DNA of 63,909 nt, counting the filler, from Octopus bimaculoides (Eukaryota): the NCBI RefSeq assembly GCF_001194135.2. It is 9 parts of 7 records of this genome, joined end to end, with 100 filler letters (N's around TTAATTAATTAA, not from the genome) between each part and the next. Parts side by side here need not be neighbours in the genome. Positions count along the whole stretch, not along the records: positions 4,536 to 23,506 come from NC_069005.1; positions 23,607 to 38,015 come from NC_068982.1; 7 more parts are not named here. One strand, 5' to 3'. Below, piece by piece: positions 13,405 through 23,929 of the stretch; the stretch's first letter is position 1, and every line of letters begins with the position of its first letter. The notes beneath the pieces are model-generated. The model saw nothing but the letters and a program-made list of their open reading frames with translations, did not search any database and had not been told where the DNA came from. Position numbers and translations under genes: made by a program.

Positions 13405-13450
13405 AACACCTGATGAAGGCTGTAGGGTATATCAGCTGAAACCTTGTGTT
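13405..13450 (+). ncRNA. Degenerate type I hammerhead motif, family B, in a Penelope-like terminal fragment (~13350-13500)
   Basis: AACAC-CUGAUGA-A-GGCUG...CAGCU-GAAAC-CUU-GUGUU. Stems I and II pair; the site reads CUU where GUU would restore an ACGU palindrome. Confidence 0.6.
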
Positions 13451-13566
13451 AACAACAAACAAGATGAGGACAAATATCCGTCAATTGTAAATAATGTTAA
13501 ATTCAAATTACGACAAACGTAAACAAACAAACGAAGTTTGCTTTTTGAAGCGTTGAGATGTCTTAG

Positions 13567-13747
13567 AAAGTTAAAGAAGTGATTTTAAATTCTCAATCGC
13601 AGGATAATGCTAATAATATAGCCTGAACAGGATAAACTACCCCTCCGCCTACACTTTTTTCTGCAAAATAGGGGTAGTTTATCCTGTTCAGGCTATATTA
13701 TTAGCATTATTCTGCGATTGAGAATTTAAAATCACTTCTTTAACTTT
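13567..13747. mobile_element. Foldback/MITE-like element: 78-bp arms with one mismatch and a 25-nt loop
   Basis: 13567-13644 is the reverse complement of 13670-13747. Confidence 0.85.
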
Positions 13748-13749
13748 AT

Positions 13750-14140
13750 GTAAATAATGTTTCTTCTCCTGTCGATAAAAGTTGCCTCCTCCATTACTGG
13801 TAGCAGGCAACTTTCAATCTCCTTTTCAGTCGCCATTCCGATTTTCTTCGATGTGGCCGCTTGCGTTCTGTATACTATCATTCCTCTTTTTTGCTTGACG
13901 CTTTCTTCCGGAGGTACCACCTTCAACGCCGTTCCCTTTTTCTTGATGAACTGCTGGCACGCATCCAGTGTCTTCTGGTCTATCTGCAGCGTCTTCACCT
14001 CCAGCAAGGCACCAACATTCTTACCGGTTCCTGCGGCAACCGCATAGTTTGGTTTGGTGTCCACCTCCATAATGAGACGGAGACCAATTTTCACCCCGAA
14101 ATGGAGGGAAAAAACCACAAACAAAACTGCCAAACGGGCT
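13750..14140 (-). mobile_element. Gag-like LINE ORF1 N-terminal fragment (element E2)
   Basis: MEVDTKPNYAVAAG...IVYRTQAATSKKIGMATEKEIESCL is homologous to the ORF1 at 17.2-17.9 kb. Confidence 0.7.
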
Positions 14141-14149
14141 ATATGTAAC

Positions 14150-14630
14150 AAGATTAACTTCTTGTACAATTTTGGAGGCACATCCTTTTGATGTGCCCCT
14201 TCTGGTCGCAACAATAGCAGGTGGGAGGTCTCCCTTCCACTGTCACCTTCAATTTTATATCGTCCGACAACTCGATAATTTCGTGGACCTCATTTAGGTC
14301 CGATTGGGTGGCCTGGATAATTAATTCCAGGCCGAACTGTTGTGTTCGAGTTGCCTGAACAACTTTTGCCTCATCCTTTGTACCAGTGAGCATAACATCT
14401 CGCATTTCCAACTGTCTTCGCCATGTTCCGATTTCCAGCTACAGACGGGTAGCTTCCAACCCGCGCGCTCTATGTCCATTTCAGACAGTTTTTCCACCCC
14501 GAATTGGGGAAAGTATATACAACAAAAAACACAAGCTTGCTGAACAAACTACGTGTTTTTAACAAACAGCAACAAATTAAATAATAAATTCCAACAATTT
14601 CAACAATTCACAATACTGGGCAGAAGCCTT
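14150..14630 (-). mobile_element. Internally deleted gag-like ORF1 with CCHC zinc knuckle (element E1)
   Basis: GRPPTCYCCDQKGHIKRMC fits C-X2-C-X4-H-X4-C; it has its own 5' leader and ATG at 14479. Confidence 0.8.
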
Positions 14631-15575
14631 TAGACAAAATCTCTCATGCTTGATTTACCCCTAACCTGCTGTCCACCACTACTTAACCTGCCTTCCTCTA
14701 AATTTGAAATTACTACTATCCCTCCAATTAGATTTTAAATTCTTGTTTGATTCACTTGTCTGTCAAACAGCAGTATAGTGGAGATGTGTTTTCTTATCTT
14801 ACTCTTGTTTTTTGCAAACATCTTCAAAATGACTTTCTAAAATGAAATTCCATTATGCAGCTGAGGAGTACATTTTCATTGTATTTTCTGTGGTGTTCTC
14901 ACTACATGAATAAATGGAGCTTGTACGAAACGTACGTACTGCTATAACCTATTGAANNNNNNNNNNNNNNNNNNNNNNNNNNNNNNNNNNNNNNNNNNNN
15001 NNNNNNNNNNNNNNNNNNNNNNNNNNNNNNNNNNNNNNNNNNNNNNNNNNNNNNNNNNNNNNNNNNNNNNNNNNNNNNNNNNNNNNNNNNNNNNNNNNNN
15101 NNNNNNNNNNNNNNNNNNNNNNNNNNNNNNNNNNNNNNNNNNNNNNNNNNNNNNNNNNNNNNNNNNNNNNNNNNNNNNNNNNNNNNNNNNNNNNNNNNNN
15201 NNNNNNNNNNNNNNNNNNNNNNNNNNNNNNNNNNNNNNNNNNNNNNNNNNNNNNNNNNNNNNNNNNNNNNNNNNNNNNNNNNNNNNNNNNNNNNNNNNNN
15301 NNNNNNNNNNNNNNNNNNNNNNNNNNNNNNNNNNNNNNNNNNNNNNNNNNNNNNNNNNNNNNNNNNNNNNNNNNNNNNNNNNNNNNNNNNNNNNNNNNNN
15401 NNNNNNNNNNNNNNNNNNNNNNNNNNNNNNNNNNNNNNNNNNNNNNNNNNNNNNNNNNNNNNNNNNNNNNNNNNNNNNNNNNNNNNNNNNNNNNNNTATA
15501 TATATATATATATATATACATGTGTGCGTGTGTGTACATGTGAGCCAGTGTCTATGTACCTACAGAAAAACACAC

Positions 15576-15606
<31 letters not shown>

Positions 15607-16111
15607 CATACACAAACGAAGCTATACAATTACTCAGTACTGTTATCACGCACAGTGCCACGTAATAATGTTCAAATAGAAATTTGGGGAACATGCTGAG
15701 AACCAATAACATTTATACTGGATAATCGATCTGATTGATTTTCTTGATATATAATTTTTTTCAGCCTTTCCTTTCCACATTGGCTCCTGGTTCACATGTC
15801 GACTCTTTTTCCATCCTTATTCCACTTCTGATACACTGTCGACAGGTGTGTTAAATTACACATTTACAGATATGTATAAGTAACATTACGACATTTATAC
15901 ACATGTATACATATAATTATATATATAATTATGTGTATTTCTTCTATCTTAATGAATAAAAATTCTTCTGATAGAATAAATGGTTTAATAGAAACCAATG
16001 TGGCAAAGAACACAAAATAACTGTGGTTTAGTTCCGGTTTTTAAGGCAGGAACTCCTTGAAATTTTGGGTATTTGAGTATATTTAATATATATATTTATA
16101 CNNNNNNNNNN

Positions 16112-16147
<36 letters not shown>

Positions 16148-16978
16148 AACAATCGAGAGATTCACTTGACAATCCAGTTATTTATTTATAATATAACATA
16201 ATGTACTATGAATATAACATATAAGATCATTTATTTGTTAGCTACTTTAAATAATTTCTTTTTATATCAGTAACCTTAAATAAAAGAGAAGAGTCGTTAT
16301 ATATTACCAATATAATAGTATATCATCATATATATTTACACTTTTTATTACTGATACTTAATTTATATACCTATATATTGTTGTTGTATATTATTATAAT
16401 AGCCAAAGATTGTCTTCGGCCTAAACGAATTTAGATTAATATGATTTGAGATATATATAGAAATATATTTCGATAGTTGTAGATTCTATTAACTTAATTA
16501 TTTTGTCCTTTATAATTTTGTTGTTTTTTTTAATTGTAATTGTTATGTAGTTGAAAAGTTAACGCTCACGCTCATAATACATACGTATTTGAGTTAATTT
16601 TTTTACAATCCAGCCGTCCTTTCACATGGAATTTCGTCTGTCTCTGAAGAAACTTATATAAGTGGATATATATTGTTCATAAATCAAATAATATATATAA
16701 GTCGAAATAAGTTGTTGGCAATTTTGTTTTTTTAATGATTGTTTTAAATTTTATCTTATATTATATTCTATTCATAGTTTATTATGTTATATTATAATAT
16801 AAATAAATTATTGGATTATTAATTGAATCTCACTATTTAATTTATTGTTTGTAATTTGCATTATACCCAACTTTATGTGGTATTCAACTAACGTACCAGT
16901 GAATTGGATGTTTTACACACCCCTTTGAAGAAACTCCTTTCTTTAGTTTGTTACTATATATATATACATATATATATA

Positions 16979-17211
16979 GGCGCAGGAGTGGCTGTGCCGT
17001 AGGTAGCTTCAGTCCCACTGCGTGGCACCTTGGGCAATTTTCTTCTACCATAGCCTCGGGCCGACCAAAGCCTTGTGAGTGGATTTAGTAGACGGAAACT
17101 GAAAGGAGCACGTCGTATATTTGTATATGTATATATATATATATGTATATGTGTGTATGTGTTTGTGTGTCTGTGTTTGTCCACACCAACATCGCTTGAC
17201 AACCGATGCTG
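16979..17211 (+). mobile_element. SINE S1, 3'-truncated, abutting element E3
   Basis: Matches the 12660 copy. Confidence 0.85.
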
Positions 17212-18000
17212 TGGTAGCAGGTGGGAGGTCTCCTCTCCACCACCACTCACAGCTTCACTTCTGGCAGCTCTATCTCTTTCACAATTTCTTGCAATTCCTG
17301 TGAAGTGGCCTGGATTATAACTTCCAGGCCATATCCCCAGCAGTTCAGTTGCTTTGTCCGACTCCCCTGCAGCACTTCTGGGTTCTCTCTTGTTTCCGTC
17401 AAGATTGCTGCAAGCAGCCACATCTCAGCAATCTCAGGGGGCACTCAGCCAATCTTTCCTCTCGCCAGTCGTTCATCGAGATATGTTGGCAGAAGTACCT
17501 ATTCCTCCGTTCTCAATGTTGTAGTGCAGTGCTTTATTGCCTCCTCTATGGTATCAAAGCGCACTTCCACTGTGCCGAATTTTCTTCCTCTACAGAAAAA
17601 TTTAATGTAGTTTCTTATTTCTTTCAGGCACTCTTCTATTGCTTCTTTACTTGCCATCTCTATTTTCTTGCTTGTAAGTGATAGGGTTCTGCACACCACC
17701 ATTCTTTCGTTTTTCATTCTTGTTACATCTTCAGTGGGAGGTCAACTTTAGTCTTGACCTTTCTCTTTGAATTAATTCCTTGCTGCTTTTTAATATTTCT
17801 AACTCCACAGTTAACTCGTTCATTTCCAGCTGGTTAACAGTCACTGTTATATTTTCACGACTTGCTACTGAAGCGTAGCTCCCGACATGTGTTTGCAACA
17901 CTTCCGTTGCTTACTGCTATTTTCGCCCCTACTGGGGTAGAAAACAAAAACAAAACACAAACAATACAACAATCAATCAACAATGGCTTAACGGTACCAA
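17212..18000 (-). mobile_element. Gag-like LINE ORF1, nearly complete up to the knuckle but disrupted (element E3)
   Basis: GSYASVA...RMVVCRTL...KEAIEECL...RGRKFGTVEVRF...GYGLEVIIQAT...RRPPTC, with stops and frameshifts. Confidence 0.8.
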
Positions 18001-18887
18001 CAATAGGTAACACCGCTATGGAGGACCTTCAGCAAAGGGTAACTTGTCCGCAACGATAATGATTAATCAAGCTCACCAACTCTCTCCCCATACTCTTTGC
18101 GGATGTCCATTGGTATTGTAGCACATACCATTAGGAGCCAACTAAATAGGGGTGTTCTACTTCCACACAACATATTGATAGATAGATTTATAGAGATACA
18201 CATATAAATAATATATATACATATACATACATATATATATATATATANNNNNNNNNNNNNNNNNNNNNNNNNNNNNNNNNNNNNNNNNNNNNNNNNNNNN
18301 NNNNNNNNNNNNNNNNNNNNNNNNNNNNNNNNNNNNNNNNNNNNNNNNNNNNNNNNNNNNNNNNNNNNNNNNNNNNNNNNNNNNNNNNNNNNNNNNNNNN
18401 NNNNNNNNNNNNNNNNNNNNNNNNNNNNNNNNNNNNNNNNNNNNNNNNNNNNNNNNNNNNNNNNNNNNNNNNNNNNNNNNNNNNNNNNNNNNNNNNNNNN
18501 NNNNNNNNNNNNNNNNNNNNNNNNNNNNNNNNNNNNNNNNNNNNNNNNNNNNNNNNNNNNNNNNNNNNNNNNNNNNNNNNNNNNNNNNNNNNNNNNNNNN
18601 NNNNNNNNNNNNNNNNNNNNNNNNNNNNNNNNNNNNNNNNNNNNNNNNNNNNNNNNNNNNNNNNNNNNNNNNNNNNNNNNNNNNNNNNNNNNNNNNNNNN
18701 NNNNNNNNNNNNNNNNNNNNNNNNNNNNNNNNNNNNNNNNNNNNNNNNNNNNNNNNNNNNNNNNNNNNNNNNNNNNNNNNNNNNNNNNNNNNNNNNNNNN
18801 NNNNNNNNNNNNNNNNNNNNNNNNNNNNNNNNNNNNNNNNNNNNNNNNNNNNNNNNNNNNNNNNNNNNNNNNNNNNNNNNNNNNNNN

Positions 18888-18926
<39 letters not shown>

Positions 18927-19378
18927 GGTAAAATTAATTAATTAATTAATGATTAATAATTATCAATTTTACCAAGTAGTCAATACGTTAAAAAACCCTT
19001 TTTAGGTGAATTATACAAAATATTATTATATACGTAATTATAATCAGGTTTCAGCTAAGTGCCTCGTCAGAAAAAACTGCAGTTTCGATCGTGGAGTAAA
19101 TTATAATTTTAATAGGGTAAAATTAATTAAATAATTAAAAAATTAATCATTTTACCAAGTAGTCAGTACGTTAAAAAAAACATTTTTAGGTGAATTATAC
19201 AGAATATTCTGTAATTGTATACATAATTATCATCAGGGTTCAGCTAAGTATCTCGCAAGTACTGAATTAGAAATAGATGCTAATGTCTTTTCAACTACCA
19301 TAAGAATCTCCGAGACAGTCACACACTTTTATATGTAGGTAAAAAGAAAAATGATGAATACACAACGACTTAGGTTAA

Positions 19379-19438
19379 CCACAGACGCGGTTCGAATTTA
19401 AAGTAAATTATATTTACCTATTAATCTCCTCAGTGTGG
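19379..19438 (-). ncRNA. Type I hammerhead motif, family C, minus copy (GAAA core mutated to GAAC)
   Basis: CCACA-CUGAGGA-GAUU...AUUC-GAACC-GC-GUC-UGUGG. Confidence 0.7.
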
Positions 19439-19614
19439 TATTCATCATTTATTCCATGATCGAAACTGCAGTAACATACACGTGCGTATAAAAGATAAAT
19501 ATGTATCACATTCGGCTATATATTTTGGGGAGTGTGGTTGAATATTGGTTATGTGATGACGCTTGCTCGCATACAAATTTGATCCCAACACTCGCAAATT
19601 TATAAATTGGAGTT

Positions 19615-19674
19615 CCACACTGAGGAGAATAATAGGTAAATATGATTTACTTTAAATTCAAAACGCGTCTGTGG
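19615..19674 (+). ncRNA. Type I hammerhead motif, family C, plus copy (G12 to A)
   Basis: CCACA-CUGAGGA-GAAU...AUUC-AAAAC-GC-GUC-UGUGG; stems I and II perfect, ACGCGU palindromic stem III. Confidence 0.75.
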
Positions 19675-20341
19675 TTAACTTAAGTTGTTGTGTATTCATC
19701 ATTTTTCTTTTTACTTACATATAAAAGTGTGTGATTGTCTCGGAGATTCTTATGGTACTTGAAAGGACAGTAGCGTCTATTTCTAATTCAGTATTTTGCG
19801 AGGCACTTAGCTGATCCCTGATTATAATTATGCATATAATTATAGAATATTANNNNNNNNNNNNNNNNNNNNNNNNNNNNNNNNNNNNNNNNNNNNNNNN
19901 NNNNNNNNNNNNNNNNNNNNNNNNNNNNNNNNNNNNNNNNNNNNNNNNNNNNNNNNNNNNNNNNNNNNNNNNNNNNNNNNNNNNNNNNNNNNNNNNNNNN
20001 NNNNNNNNNNNNNNNNNNNNNNNNNNNNNNNNNNNNNNNNNNNNNNNNNNNNNNNNNNNNNNNNNNNNNNNNNNNNNNNNNNNNNNNNNNNNNNNNNNNN
20101 NNNNNNNNNNNNNNNNNNNNNNNNNNNNNNNNNNNNNNNNNNNNNNNNNNNNNNNNNNNNNNNNNNNNNNNNNNNNNNNNNNNNNNNNNNNNNNNNNNNN
20201 NNNNNNNNNNNNNNNNNNNNNNNNNNNNNNNNNNNNNNNNNNNNNNNNNNNNNNNNNNNNNNNNNNNNNNNNNNNNATATATGCGTGTGTATGTGTATTT
20301 ATATATATATATATATATATATACACATACGTTATATATAT

Positions 20342-20372
<31 letters not shown>

Positions 20373-20373
20373 T

Positions 20374-20407
<34 letters not shown>

Positions 20408-21687
20408 GTATGTATATATATATACATACATATGTATGTATGTATGCATGTATGTATGCATGTATGTATGTATGTATGTATATGCGGGCTATATCATTTT
20501 CCTTACGTTCGCTTAATTTAGTCATTGTATAACCTGATAATTATGTAGGTATGTGTAATAATGTACGTATACGTGTATGTTTGTGTGCTATGTATTTGAG
20601 TGAGAGTGTGCAAGGTAGTAATTTATGTATGTATGTGTGTGTTTGTATTTCGATTTGTTTTTCACCCCGCAGGAAAAAAAGACAAAACCTTAAATTAGCA
20701 AGCAATATATATGTATGCATACATATATATATATAAGCGCCCCCTCATATATACATCATCCAATTTTGTGTAATTGTCATTCACAATAGTTCCCAATTTC
20801 AGGTCTTTGTGTCATATATGTATATACATAAATGTATAAAGACAGAGAGGGAGAGTGTGTGTGTGAGAGAGAGAGAAATGCACATATATAGATGTGTATA
20901 TNNNNNNNNNNNNNNNNNNNNNNNNNNNNNNNNNNNNNNNNNNNNNNNNNNNNNNNNNNNNNNNNNNNNNNNNNNNNNNNNNNNNNNNNNNNNNNNNNNN
21001 NNNNNNNNNNNNNNNNNNNNNNNNNNNNNNNNNNNNNNNNNNNNNNNNNNNNNNNNNNNNNNNNNNNNNNNNNNNNNNNNNNNNNNNNNNNNNNNNNNNN
21101 NNNNNNNNNNNNNNNNNNNNNNNNNNNNNNNNNNNNNNNNNNNNNNNNNNTATATATATACACACATATATATACATATATATACATATATATACACATA
21201 CATATATATACATATATATATATACATATATACACATATATGTGTGCATGATACTTATATTATTTATACATTTACGTATACATGTATATATATATCTATA
21301 TGCATACTTATGTGTGTGGATGAGTGTGTGCGTGTGTATATGTGTGTATATGTGTGTGTATGTGTGTGTATGTGTGCGTGTGTGTGCGCGCACGCGTACG
21401 TGTGCAATCTAATTTTTAATGTTGTTGCTGTTCTTGCTACTGCTATCTATCTTTCGTTTATCGTTTTTTTTTTGTTGTTTTTTTTTGTTTCTTTCACTTC
21501 CATTCTCAATTCTGTCAATTTTTGATGAAGACTCTTTTGAAAGCGCTACGAATTTTCGGTTGAAGAAACACATAGATAAATAGATAAAGTAAATAGAGAA
21601 ATAAGAAATAAATAATCGTAATGACGATGATGATGATGAGGATAAAAATAAAAGAAGAAAAAGTAAAAGGGGGAGTACTTACGAAGA

Positions 21688-21734
<47 letters not shown>

Positions 21735-21948
21735 ATAGTAGTAGTTATTATTCATATACACGCAACAGATTAGACTGCTGGAAATGAAAAATTCCTAACA
21801 TCAGGCTACAAGTAACCTTAGATGCCAAGAACCCACCTAAGTATCCTAGCTGTCCCTAATAACACTGTTTTCTGGAGCTGTACTAAATAGAGTTTTATGC
21901 CTATTTCCTCTATCCATCTGTTCAAATGTTCAAATCTTTAGGGATTGT
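21688..21948 (-). mobile_element. R4/Dong-like LINE 3' terminal fragment with (TAC)n tail, fused to a 5S copy
   Basis: Homologous to 22381-22560; encodes TIPK.LNRWIEEIGIK...LQKTVLLGTARILR. Confidence 0.8.
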
Positions 21949-21953
21949 GAGAT

Positions 21954-22070
21954 GCTTACAGCACTAGGTTTCCCAAGCGGTCACCCATCTAAGTACTCAC
22001 TAGGGCAGACGTTCCTTAACTTCGGTGATCGGACGAGAATCTGTACATTCAACGTGATATGGCTGTAAGC
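21954..22070 (-). pseudogene. 5S rRNA-derived copy, full length (117 nt), no oligo-T terminator
   Basis: Minus strand reads GCTTACAGCCATATCACGTTGAA...CTCGTCCGATCACCGAAGTTAAG...GTACTTAGATGGGTGACCGCTTGGGAA...GCTGTAAGC, collinear with metazoan 5S rRNA. Confidence 0.9.
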
Positions 22071-22074
22071 TTGA

Positions 22075-22206
22075 GAGATGCTTACAGCACCTAGGTTTCC
22101 CAAGCGGTGACACATCTAAGTACTCACTAGATTCGATGTTGCTTAAATTCAATGATTGTAAGTTAAGCAACGTCGAGCCTCGTGAGTATTTAGATGGGTG
22201 ACCGCT
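22075..22206. pseudogene. Partial 5S copies: minus-strand 3' half (22075-22149) plus an inverted plus-strand internal control region (22160-22206)
   Basis: AAGTTAAGCAACGTCGAGCC...TAGATGGGTGACCGCT on +; its diverged reverse complement is at 22103-22149. Confidence 0.85.
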
Positions 22207-22289
22207 ATTATTATCATTATTGTTATTATAACAATAATAATATTTAAAAAAAACTTAATAGTGAAACCCTTAGTAATTATATTGAAAAC

Positions 22290-22297
22290 AATTAATA

Positions 22298-22383
<86 letters not shown>

Positions 22384-23460
22384 CACTTAACAAATTACAC
22401 TGTTGGAAAAGAAAATAATCCTATACAGCAAGTATCCTTGGATACCAAGAACCCCCCTAAATATCCTAGCTGTCCCTAATAACACTGTTCTCTGCAGCTA
22501 TACTAAGCTGGGATTTATGCCTATTTTCTCTATCCATCTGTTCAGATTTTTAGGGTTAGTTCCCAATTTACCTATATCTCCATAGTCTCTTTAATTAAAT
22601 AACTAGGTCTTGGTACTTTGCTACTTTTTCTATACTTCTCATATTTATTTTATCATCACGTTCCCACGGTAAAGTCAATTATCTGGCACTTTCTATTGTT
22701 TGTATCAGGCCATCTAGCTTCTATTACTCTATCAGTCTGAATGTTAAAGTCCCACAACATATTACATTTCTTACTTTCTAGTGCTTTCTAGGTTAATGTT
22801 CACACCATTTATCAGTATGTTCAAATCCTAGCTTTCTACATAGCTCCCAGTGGATTGCTCTCCCTAGATTGTCATGTCTTTTCTTGTATTCTTTCTGTGC
22901 TAACGTGCTACATTCGCTTACTATATGAGTAACGCTTTCTTCTTTTGAGTTGCATAATCTACATTGCGATCTACCTCATTTTTGTGCATCTTGGCTTTAT
23001 CCAATTAATCCTTAATGCTTGATCCAGTGCGGCTACTAACACACTTTCTGTCTCCCTTTTCAGCTTTCTTTTCTGCAACCATAACCTTGTCTCACTACTA
23101 CTATTTGCTGCAGCTATCTTTGGGAATCTACCATGCAATGTCTTCCCCTGCCAATCAGATAATTTCTGTTCTTTTTTCTGATTTTTAAGTTCGCTTGGTG
23201 TTTTGGTTTCCCTATGTCTTGCTGTGACTCTACTAGCTTTTAATAAACTTTCTTCACTATTAAGTACATAGAAGTCTATATCAACTCTAGCTAACACCAT
23301 GCAGTCATCTACTGATATTAATCCTATTCCACCTTCCTTTCTAGGTAGGTATAATCTTACTACTCCTGCCCTTGTGTGGAGTCCTCCATTCATACTGAAT
23401 TCCGTCCTAGTTCTTCTGTCTACCGTTGCTATTCAGTTTTTGTCCAATGTACAAAGGCTA
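22290..23460 (-). mobile_element. R4/Dong-like LINE 3' ~1.1 kb with (AAT)n tail
   Basis: RLYLPRKEGGIGL, WLQKRKLKRETESVLVAALDQALR, and a C-terminal LQ.TVLLGTARI motif, followed by TAA-type repeats. Confidence 0.9.
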
Positions 23461-23746
23461 CTACACATACATACACATATTTATATACATACATACATAC
23501 ATATATNNNNNNNNNNNNNNNNNNNNNNNNNNNNNNNNNNNNNNNNNNNNTTAATTAATTAANNNNNNNNNNNNNNNNNNNNNNNNNNNNNNNNNNNNNN
23601 NNNNNNGTGCCTCTCTCATTTTTATTCACCTTTTGTTATCATCCTCATCTCATTAATGTCCGTGTCCAGCCCGCAGCTACTTTACGTTTGTCTGTCCTTG
23701 TTTGTCCTCTCTTTGTAAGGCATTAATGGCCAATCTAATGAAATAA

Positions 23747-23886
23747 AGTAGCTTGCTTACCAACTACATGGTTCCGGGTTCAGTCCCACTGTGTGGCACC
23801 TCGGGCGAGTGTTTCTACTATAGCCTCGGGCCGACCAAAGCCTTGTTAGTGGATATAGTAGACGGAAACTGAAAGAAGCCCGTCGT
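23747..23886 (+). mobile_element. SINE S1 5' half
   Basis: Matches the 12660 copy. Confidence 0.85.

Positions 23887-23929
<43 letters not shown>

Larger units (their letters stand above)
18925..19852. mobile_element. Penelope-like terminal repeats in tandem (18925-19066 vs 19115-19255) and inverted (19200-19438 vs 19615-19852) arrangement
   Basis: ~240-bp inverted arms, roughly 90% identical by eye, each containing a hammerhead motif. Confidence 0.75.

Noticed and set aside
21954-22070. Functional 5S rRNA gene
   Set aside because: No oligo-T terminator, substitutions in the A-box region, not in an array, and fused to a LINE tail.
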